Part shown: positions 10,852 to 20,256 of the stretch, in pieces | Numbering within the stretch: the first letter of the stretch is position 1 | Layout: every line of letters begins with the position of its first letter | Source of the DNA: an uncultured Solirubrobacterales bacterium | Lineage (GTDB): Bacteria > Actinomycetota > Thermoleophilia > Solirubrobacterales > Solirubrobacteraceae | Length of the DNA stretch: 64,000 bases | Assembly: GCA_963826395.1 (NCBI GenBank) | Contig: CAWGWP010000001.1 | Span: forward strand, 441,768-505,767 | Reading direction: 5' to 3' | Notes under the pieces: model-generated | What the model was told of the DNA's origin: nothing | What the model saw: the letters and a program-made list of their open reading frames with translations, nothing else | Databases searched by the model: none | Program-made: the position numbers and the translations under genes

Positions 10852-13800
10852 CTAGCGCACCCACAACTGGTCGAGCAGCGCGCCCCACACCGGGTTGTAT
10901 TCGTAGTTGCCGACGCGGTGGGAGACAAAGTCGATCGTGCTCGGGGTGACGAGCGACACCATCGGCGCCTGATCGGTGAACTGCCTGTCGGCGTTGGCCC
11001 ACAGGCCCGCGGCCGCGGGCGAGGTGGCCGCGTCCGCGGCGAGCGCGCTGCGGACCGTGGCGTCAAATCCGGGGTCGCAGAACTCGGCCCAGTTGACGTT
11101 GTTTGCGGAGGCCGGCATGAAGCTCTGGCAGGACTCATATTGCGGACCGAGGAACTCCGACGCGGCCGGATATGCCGGTTCATAGCTGAACAACCCGCCC
11201 TGGATCCTTGCGCGCGAGTCTCCCGGCTGGAACGAAGTGTCGGTGGCGGCGACTGTCCGCAGGCGAGCGTAGTAGCCGAGCCGGTCCAGCAGCGACACGA
11301 GGTAACGCCCGACGGGCGTCAAGTCGGTGACGAACGAGTCGAACAACGGCGACGTCCAAATCGTGATCCGGGTTCCGCGGGTCCTGGAGGCGGCGATCAG
11401 CGCGCGGGCCTTGGCAAGGTCTGGTGCCCGCCAAGCGCCGTCGGCTGACGGGTCGAGCGTGTAGGGACAATATGGCTCGTATCCGGGGACGTAGGGGGGG
11501 AGCAATTGGCAGGTGGGGCGCGAGTCCAGGCCGACCAGGCTTTTGACCTTGGCGCGGTTAACCGCGTAGTTGACCGCGCGGCGCACACTGATGTCGGTGA
11601 ACGGCGCCACCCTCGTGTTCAGCCACAGGATGACGGTTGAATCGCTGGGGCTGACGTTAAGCTGGCTTGCGAACCGGGTCTGCAGTTCGCCCAGACGGTC
11701 AGCTGGCGGCGGGTCCAGCGTGTAGTCGGCGCTGCCGCGTTGGACCGCAGTCACCTCCGCCGCGGGGCTCGCGCCGATTCGCCACACGATCTGGTTGGGG
11801 TAACCGTCCGGGCGCGCCGCGTTTGACCACACGTGAAAGTAGGGGTTGCGCACAAGCTTGACCTCACGTGGCGTGTAGCTCGCGATCTGGTAGGCACCCG
11901 TCGTCGGGACGGGATGGCTGCCGACGTCGTGGTCGGGCGTGCCGCTCGGCACCGCGACAGCGACCGACAGCGCGAGCTCGTGCAGGAATTCCGGGTCGGG
12001 GGTAACGAGGTGAAACGTGACCGTGTTGGCGGCGTCATCGCCGACTATCCCGCGACTGAGATCACAGCCCGCCGGCTGCGCGATGCACCCCGAGGCACCC
12101 ACGATGTGCCCGTAGTACAGGCTGGCGAACCCTGTGTTGAGCTTGAACAGGCGCTCGAGCTCGTGGCGGAAGTCCTCGGGTCTGACCGGCGCGCCGTTTG
12201 AGTAGCGGATGCCGCGGCGAAGCGTGAACGTGTAGGTCGTGCCGCTGTCGGTCGGTGCCGGCAGCGAGATCGCCAGGTCGGGCACGACTTGCGCACCGTC
12301 GCTGCCGCCCACGCGCTTGAACGCCGTCAGACCGTCGCTGGTATCGGTCGTCACCCAGTAGCAGGGGACCGAACCAGTGGGGCAGGCCGGATCGATCGAG
12401 CCAAACGGAACCTGGCTGAGCGCCGTCAGCGTGCCGCCGCCGTGGCTGGTAGCGGCGGGCTGTGCGCCGACCCACACCAGGCCACCCGCGACCGCAACGC
12501 CCTGGGGACGGTTCCCGACCGTGATCGTGCGCGCTGTGTCGGTGGCCGGGTCGATGCGCGAGACGCTGCCGCCGTACTCGTTTGCGACCCACACCCCGCC
12601 CATGCCGGCCGCGATCGCGTTGGGGCCGTCGCCGACTGGGATCGTCGCCTCGATGTCGTTGGTTTGCGGGTTGATCCGCGAGACCGTTCGCGTCGAGGCT
12701 GTTGGCGACCCACACCGAGCCATTGCCAACGGTGATCGCCGTGGGCCCGGTGCCGACGTTGACCATGGCGCTGACCTGGTTGGTGTGTGGGTTGATCTGC
12801 AGGACGCGCCCGTTCGCCTCGTCGCTCACCCAGACAGCATCGAGGCCGGCGGCGACATCGGTGGCGCCGCCGCCAAGCCGGATCGTGTGCGTCACCTTGC
12901 CGCTGACCGCGTCGATCCGGCTGATCGTCCCATCGCTGCTGTTTGTGACCCACACCGACCCGTAGCCGACGGCCACCCCGCTCGGTCCGTTGCCGACCGG
13001 GATCGTTTGGACGATCCTGTACGCGGTTGGGTCCGGCTCGATCCGTGACACCGTCCCGCTGAAGTGTTCGCGACCCACACCGCGCCGGCTCCGACCGCGA
13101 GCGCGCTGGGCGTCGAGTCAACTGGAATCGTTTGCACCGCGTGCGTCGCCGGGTCGATCCGCGAGACGGTCGCGTCGTTGTAGTTCGTCAACCACACTGC
13201 CCCTGCCCCGGCCGCCATACCCGACGGGGAGGACCCGACCGGCACCACTGCGCTGATTGCGTCCTGCGCCGGGCTGATCGCGCCGACCGAATCGGCGGCG
13301 ATCAGCGACACCCGCCTGGCGCCGCCGCCGCTCGACGCAACCACCCCGGCGGTCACCGCGAGCGCGACCAGCGCCGCTCCGGTCACCGCCAGCCTGAGGC
13401 GGTAACGGTAAACATTCGACCGTCGCGGCGCAGCCCTGCCGGTCACGGGTTCCGGGGACGGCCGGCTGGCTGGCGCCGGGTCGAGTGAGGCGGCGCGGCT
13501 GAGGACCGCCGCCTCGAGCTGCTTTAGGCCCGGGCTGGGGTCAAGCCCGAGCTCCTCGGACAGAGCCCGGCGGTACTGCTGATACACCTGCAGCGCCTCG
13601 GCCTGACGCCCCAGCGGTACAGCGCCAGCATCAACTGCGCCCGCAACCGCTCGCGCAGCGGGTTTTGCTCGACCAGCGCCGTCAGCTCACCGACGAGCTG
13701 GCGGTCATGCCCCAGCGCCAGGTCCGCCTCTACGCGCTCCTCCAGCGCCTCGAGATGAAGCTCCTCGAGCTGGCCGATCGCGGCCTGTGCGAACGCCTCG

Positions 13801-14246
13801 TAGGCGAACTCGCCCAGCGGCGGGCCGCGCCACAAAACCAGCGCAGACCGCAGGATCCCCGCGGCCTCGGCCGCGTCACCGATCGCCAGCGCCTGCCGGC
13901 CCTCCTCGACCAGACCCCGGAACCGGTCCATGTCAAGCTCGCCGGGCTCCACTTGCAGCAGGTAACCGCGTCCACGGGTCGCAAGCACCCCGTTCGAGGA
14001 CCCCGGGGACTCGTGGTCGCCGTTACCGAGCACCCTACGAAGACGCGAGACATACCCCTGTAGCGTCTTCAGCGCCGTCGGCGGCAGCTGCTCGCCCCAA
14101 ATACCGTCGATCAGCCTGTCGGCCGAAACCGGCTCATTTGCGTGCAGCAGCAAGATCGCGAGCAGCGCGCGCTGTTTCTCGCCGCCGAGCTCGACCGGGC
14201 GATCGCCGACGAATACCTCAAGCGGACCCAGCATTCGGTAGTCCAT
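10852..14246 (-). CDS. SARP (wHTH+BTAD) - TM - YVTN beta-propeller - family 5 solute-binding domain fusion, ~1130 aa, frameshifts near 13610, 13070, 12690
   Basis: MDYRMLGPLEV, LWRGPPL, PLRERLRAQLMLALYR, EELGLDP; TM; repeated VG..P..VAVG.G.VWV.N..GTVSRID; PDLA..P..D.GTTYTF.LR.GIRYSNG, LVRNPYF, VRRAVNYAVNR. Confidence 0.88.
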
Positions 14247-14391
14247 GCGCCCTCGTTCCGCTGCTCGCGGCCAGGCTACCACCGGTTTGCCGCCGCGCTG
14301 CAACCGCCCCCGTTCACGGTGACGGGCGAACCAGCGATCCGCGAGCCAACCGGAGCCCTCAATGTCACGCCAAAACGCTGAGACGCCCCAC

Positions 14392-14988
14392 GTGCGTTTC
14401 CCAAACGACCAGCCCGACCGTACAGCCGTTGAGCAGAGCCTCGCGCTCCTTAACAACTGGCGCTCGGGAAGCGCGGCCACCGCCATCGTGATGGCCGGCC
14501 TGCTGCCCTTTGCCGTTGCCTGGCACCTCACCTACCTCGCCGCGACCGCGGCGGCGATGATCGGCGCCGCGGTCCTCACCCTCAGCTGCCACGTCGCTCG
14601 CGAGCGCCGGCTCTCGACGCTAGCGCTCTTCCCCGACTTCGCGCGACTCCCCGACCTCGCCGGTAAACGCAAACGACTCCAACGCACCCGCAACCGCCGG
14701 GCGCTTGCCGACGGGCTGCGGCGAACAGCCGCTCCAAACCAGCCGCCGCGCCGGTTCGATTGCTGCCCCGTGCTCACCGACCGCGTCGCCGCCGCACGAC
14801 CCGAACTGCTCGAGCTCGCCATCGCCCTCGAACAAACGCCCAATCCCGACCCCACGTGCGTCGCCCTCATCCACGAACTGCTCACCAACGGCTGCAGCCC
14901 GCTCTACAACCCCAACCTCCCCGCCGACGACCTCCGCACCACCCTCACCCGCGCGCGCGCCGGAATAGCCAACCAAACAATCGCCTGA
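14392..14988 (+). CDS. Hypothetical membrane protein (2 TM), start uncertain
   Basis: Divergent from SARP fusion; two hydrophobic segments; C-terminal LLTNGCSPLYNP. Confidence 0.65.
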   Translation: MRFPNDQPDRTAVEQSLALLNNWRSGSAATAIVMAGLLPFAVAWHLTYLAATAAAMIGAAVLTLSCHVARERRLSTLALFPDFARLPDLAGKRKRLQRTRNRRALADGLRRTAAPNQPPRRFDCCPVLTDRVAAARPELLELAIALEQTPNPDPTCVALIHELLTNGCSPLYNPNLPADDLRTTLTRARAGIANQTIA

Positions 14989-15075
14989 CGCACGCCCGTG
15001 GTTTTCGGCCGACTCCCCCTTTCGAGCAGCGACCAAGCGTTGGAACTTGGAATGAGCTGGCTATTGCTCAGCACA

Positions 15076-15116
15076 ACGAGCATCAGCTCGACGCCGCGGC
15101 CGGCGGACTGCTCCTC
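15076..15116 (+). repeat. 41-bp dispersed repeat copy 2
   Basis: See 10673-10713. Confidence 0.85.
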
Positions 15117-15510
15117 CCTGGGGCACCAGAAGCCGCGACACGCTTGAAACGGTCCCGCGAGGTGCCTCGTCTGGAACGAAACGAGCGCTCAGCCGACGCC
15201 GACCGCGGCCTCGTCCCGTTGATCGAAACTCAGCAGGCGGGCACCGGGTCCGGGGGCCTTCGACGTGGCGCTTGTTCTGACTGCCGGTCCTAGCCCGTTG
15301 CATTGGTCTGCCGAGCGAGGAGCGAGGCGGCTGCTTTTTGTTCCGATGCAGCAGTTCGACTGGAAATGGTGGGACGTTCATGGGTCAAGAAACAGTGGCT
15401 AGGCCCGTCGCGACGGCGGATACTGGTGAGAGCCCCCGTTGGCGGCGGGGGCTCTCACCCGATTCGAATGGTGATGCGGCCGGGTCGCCTCGGTGTCTAG
15501 CCGGTGAGGA

Positions 15511-16239
15511 TCACTTGGCCGCTAATGAAAGCCCGCTCACCGCCTGCTGTGACGTCGTCACTGGCAGTTGGGGCGGAATGTAGTCGGGGCCGGTTTCAAA
15601 GGGGGCGTGAATCCATCCCAGCTGAACCTCCCCCAGATCAGCGGCGATCCCGAAGTCCGCGTGGGGGACCAGGTAGCCACCCTCGATCGCGTCGTAAAGG
15701 TCCGCGTAGGAAGGCGTAGCGGGGTTGCCCCCCTTGAAGACCTGCCACTCATACTGGGGCGTCGTCGAGTAATACAGGTTGATGCCGTAGGCTTCAGTCG
15801 GACGCCCGATACAGCCGGTACCGCCGGGGCAGGCATCGGCGAGGTACTGGTGATTCACCGTGTTATACAGAGCCACCCGCTGGCCGGCCGCTATTTGCTG
15901 CGTCGCGTAAGTGCCGGGCTGCTTGATGAACTCCCACTGGTAGTTGGGGATGTTTGTGTACGTTAGGTCGACCCCGAAGGTCTGGTGGCCGTAGACGAGC
16001 GACTGAGTCCCCGCGCCTAAGTTATCCTCCCCGTTGTCAGTGGTGTCGACGCCCGCTGGAGAGACTAGTTCGGTCGGGACGTTTGCATACGGTGCGATGT
16101 CGGTAGCGGACGCCCCAGGGTCGTTTTGTTGGACGAGCTGCCAAGTCGTGACGTTGGTAGCGAGCGCGCTGGCGGGTAGGGCGAGCGCGGCGATTGCGGT
16201 GAGCGCGACGAGCACCGCGCGAAGCTTGAGACGGAACAT
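15511..16239 (-). CDS. Secreted hypothetical beta-rich protein
   Basis: AGGAG RBS, signal peptide ending ASALA, internal repeat (FGVDL..P.YQWEF / YGINL..PQYEWQV). Confidence 0.8.
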   Translation of the reverse strand: MFRLKLRAVLVALTAIAALALPASALATNVTTWQLVQQNDPGASATDIAPYANVPTELVSPAGVDTTDNGEDNLGAGTQSLVYGHQTFGVDLTYTNIPNYQWEFIKQPGTYATQQIAAGQRVALYNTVNHQYLADACPGGTGCIGRPTEAYGINLYYSTTPQYEWQVFKGGNPATPSYADLYDAIEGGYLVPHADFGIAADLGEVQLGWIHAPFETGPDYIPPQLPVTTSQQAVSGLSLAAK

Positions 16240-16952
16240 CTTGAACTCCTGTTTTCGGGTCTGCCTGAGACCGCGATCATGCGCGCCCGCGCGGCTGGCC
16301 GCTAGCCACCCTAGGGGTGGTCATTCCTCACCCTTCAACGCGACTGGTTGAGACGTGAGTGAACCCGACTTGCGGACCAGAGCAGCCAGCGGCGACCCAG
16401 GGCCCGGGTGGATCACTCAGTCAACGCCGCAGAGAGATGACGGCATCACTACGTCGACCACGCCGACTCGAGCCACGTACGCCACGGCTTTGCACCGAAA
16501 CCAGCAGCTTCCCGCTGAACAGCGACACAGGTGGTCTGATCGATTAAGAGCAGTGTCAGGAGGGTGGCGGGACTGACGTTGCGGCTCGTACGCAGTCAGC
16601 GGCTTGAAGCTCGACAGTGGCGCGCTGCATCAGGCGGTGTAGTTCGGCTCGGGAAGCTCGAGCTCTCTCTTCCGCGGCATCAGCCTGCGCTCGGCGGTCC
16701 GCAGCAGATCGCTCCCAGCCTGGCGGCTTGTCGCGATGTGTTGGCATCTGACAGAAATCTCGGCCGTCGCGAGGGCAACTTGATGTCAACCCGCGCGCGG
16801 TGGACAGCGGTTTGAGGACCGACGCCCGGAGGTCAGGTTTGACTGCTCCTAATCGATCTAAGCGGAAGTGTCTAACCGGACGACACCCAGCTGCCGAGCG
16901 TCAACCGTCCTAACGCGACCTGCGTCTCGCTTCGAAATGAACTCACCAGTCG

Positions 16953-17621
16953 TTAAGGCGGCATATGTGCGGCTCGCCAGTCGAGCGAGTACACCCGCTC
17001 AGGGCTGGCGAGCCCTTTGAGGCTCAGCGACGTCGTCGGACCGTAATTCCATCGCCCCAGATGCTCGGTGTATTCCTTGGATGCCGCTGATACCAGTACC
17101 TCGCCCCCTCGCGCACTACCAGCTATCCGCGCGGCCAGAACCACCGCCCTGCCGAAAAAGTCCTCCTCGACGCTGAAGATGTTCCCGGTATGCATCCCGA
17201 TACGCACTCGCAGAGATCGAGCGGGATGGCTCGCGTTGAACTGCATCAGGGCATGCTGCAACTCGACCGCGCAGGACAGCGCGGAGCTGGCACTCGCGAA
17301 TACGAGCATGAACCCGTCGCCCTGCGAACTGACGACATCCCCGCCGCACTTAGCGACCACGCCGCGCATGAGCTTGTTATGGGCCAGCATCAATTTGAGC
17401 CAAGCCTCCTCACCGAGTCGCTCCATCAGCTCGGTGGATCCCTCGATGTCGGTGAAGACGATCGTCATCATCCCGTCCGGCGAAGTCTGGTGGCGATAGT
17501 CCGGCAGCGCCGGATCGACCTGCGCGACGATCGCCGCAACCGAAGGCGAGGTCTCCTGGCGTGTCACGGAAAGGCCCGGCACCAGCACCAATTCTTCCGC
17601 AAATCTGGACGGGACGCTCAT
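16953..17621 (-). CDS. Class III adenylate/guanylate cyclase, stand-alone catalytic domain
   Basis: IVFTDIEGST, GDGFMLVF, VRIGMHTG, DFFGRAVVLAARI, LKGL. Confidence 0.88.
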   Translation of the reverse strand: MSVPSRFAEELVLVPGLSVTRQETSPSVAAIVAQVDPALPDYRHQTSPDGMMTIVFTDIEGSTELMERLGEEAWLKLMLAHNKLMRGVVAKCGGDVVSSQGDGFMLVFASASSALSCAVELQHALMQFNASHPARSLRVRIGMHTGNIFSVEEDFFGRAVVLAARIAGSARGGEVLVSAASKEYTEHLGRWNYGPTTSLSLKGLASPERVYSLDWRAAHMPP

Positions 17622-17633
17622 GCAATTCAGGCG

Positions 17634-18042
17634 ATGAACGACCGGATGACGCTGATGATGGGCGAGCAGGGCGAAACGCGCATGCACCAATCCTCGGCCA
17701 GCGCTACACCGGCTGCCACACCAGCGCAAGCTCGACCGCCGGCTGCGGCTCGATGTGGCCGGGGATGATGGGCGGCTACTACGCCAACGGCGGGTGGGGC
17801 GCGATGATGAGCTCCAGTCAGTGGAGCTGGATGATGGGCGGGCCTGGCGCAAGATCACCAAGCAGGATTAGCAACACGTCCGACAGCAACTTCTCGGAAC
17901 CGACGGCAGCGCCAACAGCGGCTGGAGCGCGTTAGCGCTCGTCGGCGTCACCCTCGGAGCCACCCTGCTGGTCGCGCTCGCGATCATCGCCTTGATTCGT
18001 CGCCCGTTCAGACGCCCACTAGCCGCCTCACCCTCCTCGTAA
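17634..18042 (+). pseudogene. Remnant of Met/Gly-rich membrane protein
   Basis: Fragments MMGEQGETRMHQ / LGQRYTGC / GMMGG..WMMGG / C-terminal TM across frames with internal TAG. Confidence 0.55.
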
Positions 18043-18089
18043 GGAGGCGTCCGGTCGCTGCTGCTTCGGTCTTACTGGTCAAGCTTCGC

Positions 18090-18276
18090 TGGTCGGCGGA
18101 TGTCGGGAAGAGCGCCGCTTTGGGCTTGCCCGGTCAGAGGGCCGCTTTTAGACCAGCGCCTTCCCGACGTTCCGTCGAGGTGCCCGTAGAGCGGCAACAG
18201 GAGGTCGCGCCCTTGGAGCGCCATCAGTAAGCAACCGCCAGGGTACCTCGCGCCGACCCGTGTCAACCAGGTCGGA
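18090..18276 (+). ncRNA. Putative IS110 bridge RNA (ends approximate)
   Basis: Stem 18093-18110/18160-18178 enclosing target guides; stem 18177-18185/18241-18249 enclosing donor guides; guides match the reconstructed target and donor. Confidence 0.85.
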
Positions 18277-18293
18277 TGAAGGGAGTGAGGGTG

Positions 18294-19511
18294 ATGAGTG
18301 ACGGGCGGTTCGCTGGGGTCGACTGGGCCAGCGAGGAGCACGCGGTGTGCGTGGTCGACGAGCGGGGGCGGATCCTGGAGGGCAAGCGCTATCGGCACAC
18401 CGAGCCGGGGATCCGGGCGTTGTGCGCCAGGCTGGTGCGCTTGCACGTTGCCCTGGTCGCGCTGGAGCGGCCGGACGGACTGTTGATCGAGCGGCTGCTC
18501 GACGCGGGGTTAGCGGTGGTCGCGGTGCATCCCAACCAGGTCAAGGCGATGCGGCCGCGGTTCAGCGTCGCGGGCGGCAAGTCAGACAGCTTTGACAGCT
18601 TCGTGCTGGCCGAACTGGCGCGGACCGACAGCCATCGCTTCCGGGTGCTGGTGCCCGACTCAGACCAGACCAAAGCGCTGCGCGCGATGACCAGGGCGCG
18701 GGACAGCCTGGTGCGCACACGGGTGGGGTTGGCCAACCAGCTGCGAGACCAGCTCGCGACCTTCTGGCCCGGCGCCAGCAACGTGTTCTGCTCGGTCGAT
18801 ACGCAGATCGCGCTCGCGTTTCTGAAGCGCTACCCCACCCCCCTCGATGCCCGCCGTTTGGGCGAGCAGCGACTCGACGCGTTCCTCAAGCGCAACGGCT
18901 ATCCGGGCCGCAAGCCCGCTCGCGAGCTGCTCACGAAGCTCCGAGCAGGCGCCGACGGACGCGCCGGCGAGCTCGAGATGCAAGCCCGCCGGCAAATCGT
19001 GCTCGCTCTCGTCTCCGCACTTGAGCCGGTCGTCAAGCGGATCAGCGAACTGACGATCGAGATCCGCCGCGCCCTCGAGGCTCACCCCGATTGCGCCACG
19101 TTTCGCTCACTCTTCATCGCACAGGACTCATGGCTGTGCGCCGCAACGATGATCGCCGAGATCGGCGACTGCCGCGAGCGCTACCCCACCTACCGAGCCC
19201 TCGCCGCCGACGGCGGCCAATGCCCCGTCGCCGTCGAGTCCGGCAAAGCCAAACACGCGCAGTTCCGATGGGCGTGTGACCACCGGCTACGACAAGCGTT
19301 CTGCACCCTCGCTGACGCAAGCCGCCGGCACAACCCCTGGGCCGCCGACATCTATGACCGCGCCCGCGCCCGCGGCGCCAGTCACACCCACGCCACGCGC
19401 ATCCTCGGCCGCGCGTGGAGCCAAATCATCTGGCGCCTCTGGCAAGACCACGACACCTACGACCCGCTACAACACACCGCCCTGCAACGCCTCATCGCCG
19501 CCCGAGGTTGA
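18294..19511 (+). CDS. IS110 DEDD recombinase/transposase
   Basis: GVDWAS (D), ALERP (E), KSDSFD (DD), AEIGD, ESGK catalytic Ser; uninterrupted; alternative start 18276. Confidence 0.95.
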   Translation: MSDGRFAGVDWASEEHAVCVVDERGRILEGKRYRHTEPGIRALCARLVRLHVALVALERPDGLLIERLLDAGLAVVAVHPNQVKAMRPRFSVAGGKSDSFDSFVLAELARTDSHRFRVLVPDSDQTKALRAMTRARDSLVRTRVGLANQLRDQLATFWPGASNVFCSVDTQIALAFLKRYPTPLDARRLGEQRLDAFLKRNGYPGRKPARELLTKLRAGADGRAGELEMQARRQIVLALVSALEPVVKRISELTIEIRRALEAHPDCATFRSLFIAQDSWLCAATMIAEIGDCRERYPTYRALAADGGQCPVAVESGKAKHAQFRWACDHRLRQAFCTLADASRRHNPWAADIYDRARARGASHTHATRILGRAWSQIIWRLWQDHDTYDPLQHTALQRLIAARG

Positions 19512-19598
19512 CACAGGGGGTCTAAACGCAGCAGCGTGCGTAACCCTCTGCGCGAGCCGTCGACCAGGTATGGCGCCCCTGCGCCGCTCCGCGCTCGC

Positions 19599-19844
19599 AT
19601 GCGAGAATCTGTGTGTGGCCCCAGCTTCGAAGACGGCAGGCTCTCTGACCCTGAGCTAGCCGGGGTCTACGAGGTCGTCGAGCGTCGCCCAGATGGCTCT
19701 TTGCTCCTGCGACCGGAGCGAGAACGCCTGTCCGACGTGCTCAGCGAGACCGAGGGCGCGGTGTTCAAGGACGATGAGTTCATCGCCCACCTCGAGCGCG
19801 TCGCTGCCACAGAGGACGACTTGCCAGGCGAGAACTCGGCGTAG
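19599..19844 (+). CDS. Putative antitoxin (AbrB-like), start uncertain
   Basis: YEVVERRPDGSLLLRP beta-hairpin, acidic tail; 3 bp before toxin gene. Confidence 0.55.
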   Translation: MRESVCGPSFEDGRLSDPELAGVYEVVERRPDGSLLLRPERERLSDVLSETEGAVFKDDEFIAHLERVAATEDDLPGENSA

Positions 19845-19847
19845 ATA

Positions 19848-20135
19848 GTGCCGACGTTCGAGCGGTTGCCGCGGTTCGACCGCGAGTTCCGCCGTATGCC
19901 TCGCGAGCTACACCGGGCATTCCTCGCGATGTTGCCGCTGTTCATCGCGGCGTTGCGCAGCAGCCCGCCGTCGTTTCAGCCGGCCTTGCGGGTCAAGCGG
20001 GTTCGAGGCACCGACGGTGTGTGGGAGGTCACGTTCGCGCCGGACGGTCGGGCGACGTTCGCGTACAGCGGCGAGGTCCGGCCAGGCGAGGCGCGGCGGC
20101 GCGTCGGGGGCCACCAGGTGCTGAGCGGTCCGTGA
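19848..20135 (+). CDS. RelE/ParE-superfamily toxin
   Basis: F.RLPRFDREF, LRVKRVRGTDGVWEVTFAPDGRATF, RRVGGHQV. Confidence 0.75.
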   Translation: MPTFERLPRFDREFRRMPRELHRAFLAMLPLFIAALRSSPPSFQPALRVKRVRGTDGVWEVTFAPDGRATFAYSGEVRPGEARRRVGGHQVLSGP

Positions 20136-20148
20136 GCCGCCCCCCGGA

Positions 20149-20175
20149 AACCGTGTCCCGAACCGTGTCCCGAAC
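20149..20175 (+). repeat. Tandem AACCGTGTCCCG x2, candidate integrase arm sites
   Basis: Exact 12-bp tandem ~80 bp inside attR. Confidence 0.6.
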
Positions 20176-20256
20176 AGAGCAATTCTGACCTGCTCTAACT
20201 GCACTCAGACCACCTCAACTGCCCGTATCTACGGCAAAAGCCCTGCAAATGAGTGA

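Larger units (their letters stand above)
18073..19523 (+). mobile_element. IS110-family insertion sequence
   Basis: Flanked by GGTCT at 18068-18072 and 19519-19523; ~220-bp non-coding left end; removal restores a 9-bp-stem hairpin. Confidence 0.92.

Noticed and set aside
12440-13260. Recurrent ~125-bp similarities (acccacac..., gtcgatccg)
   Set aside because: Explained by coding beta-propeller blade repeats
16355-16815. Several 60-80 aa ORFs
   Set aside because: No recognisable motif or start context; 16556-16789 may be a remnant but is unsupported
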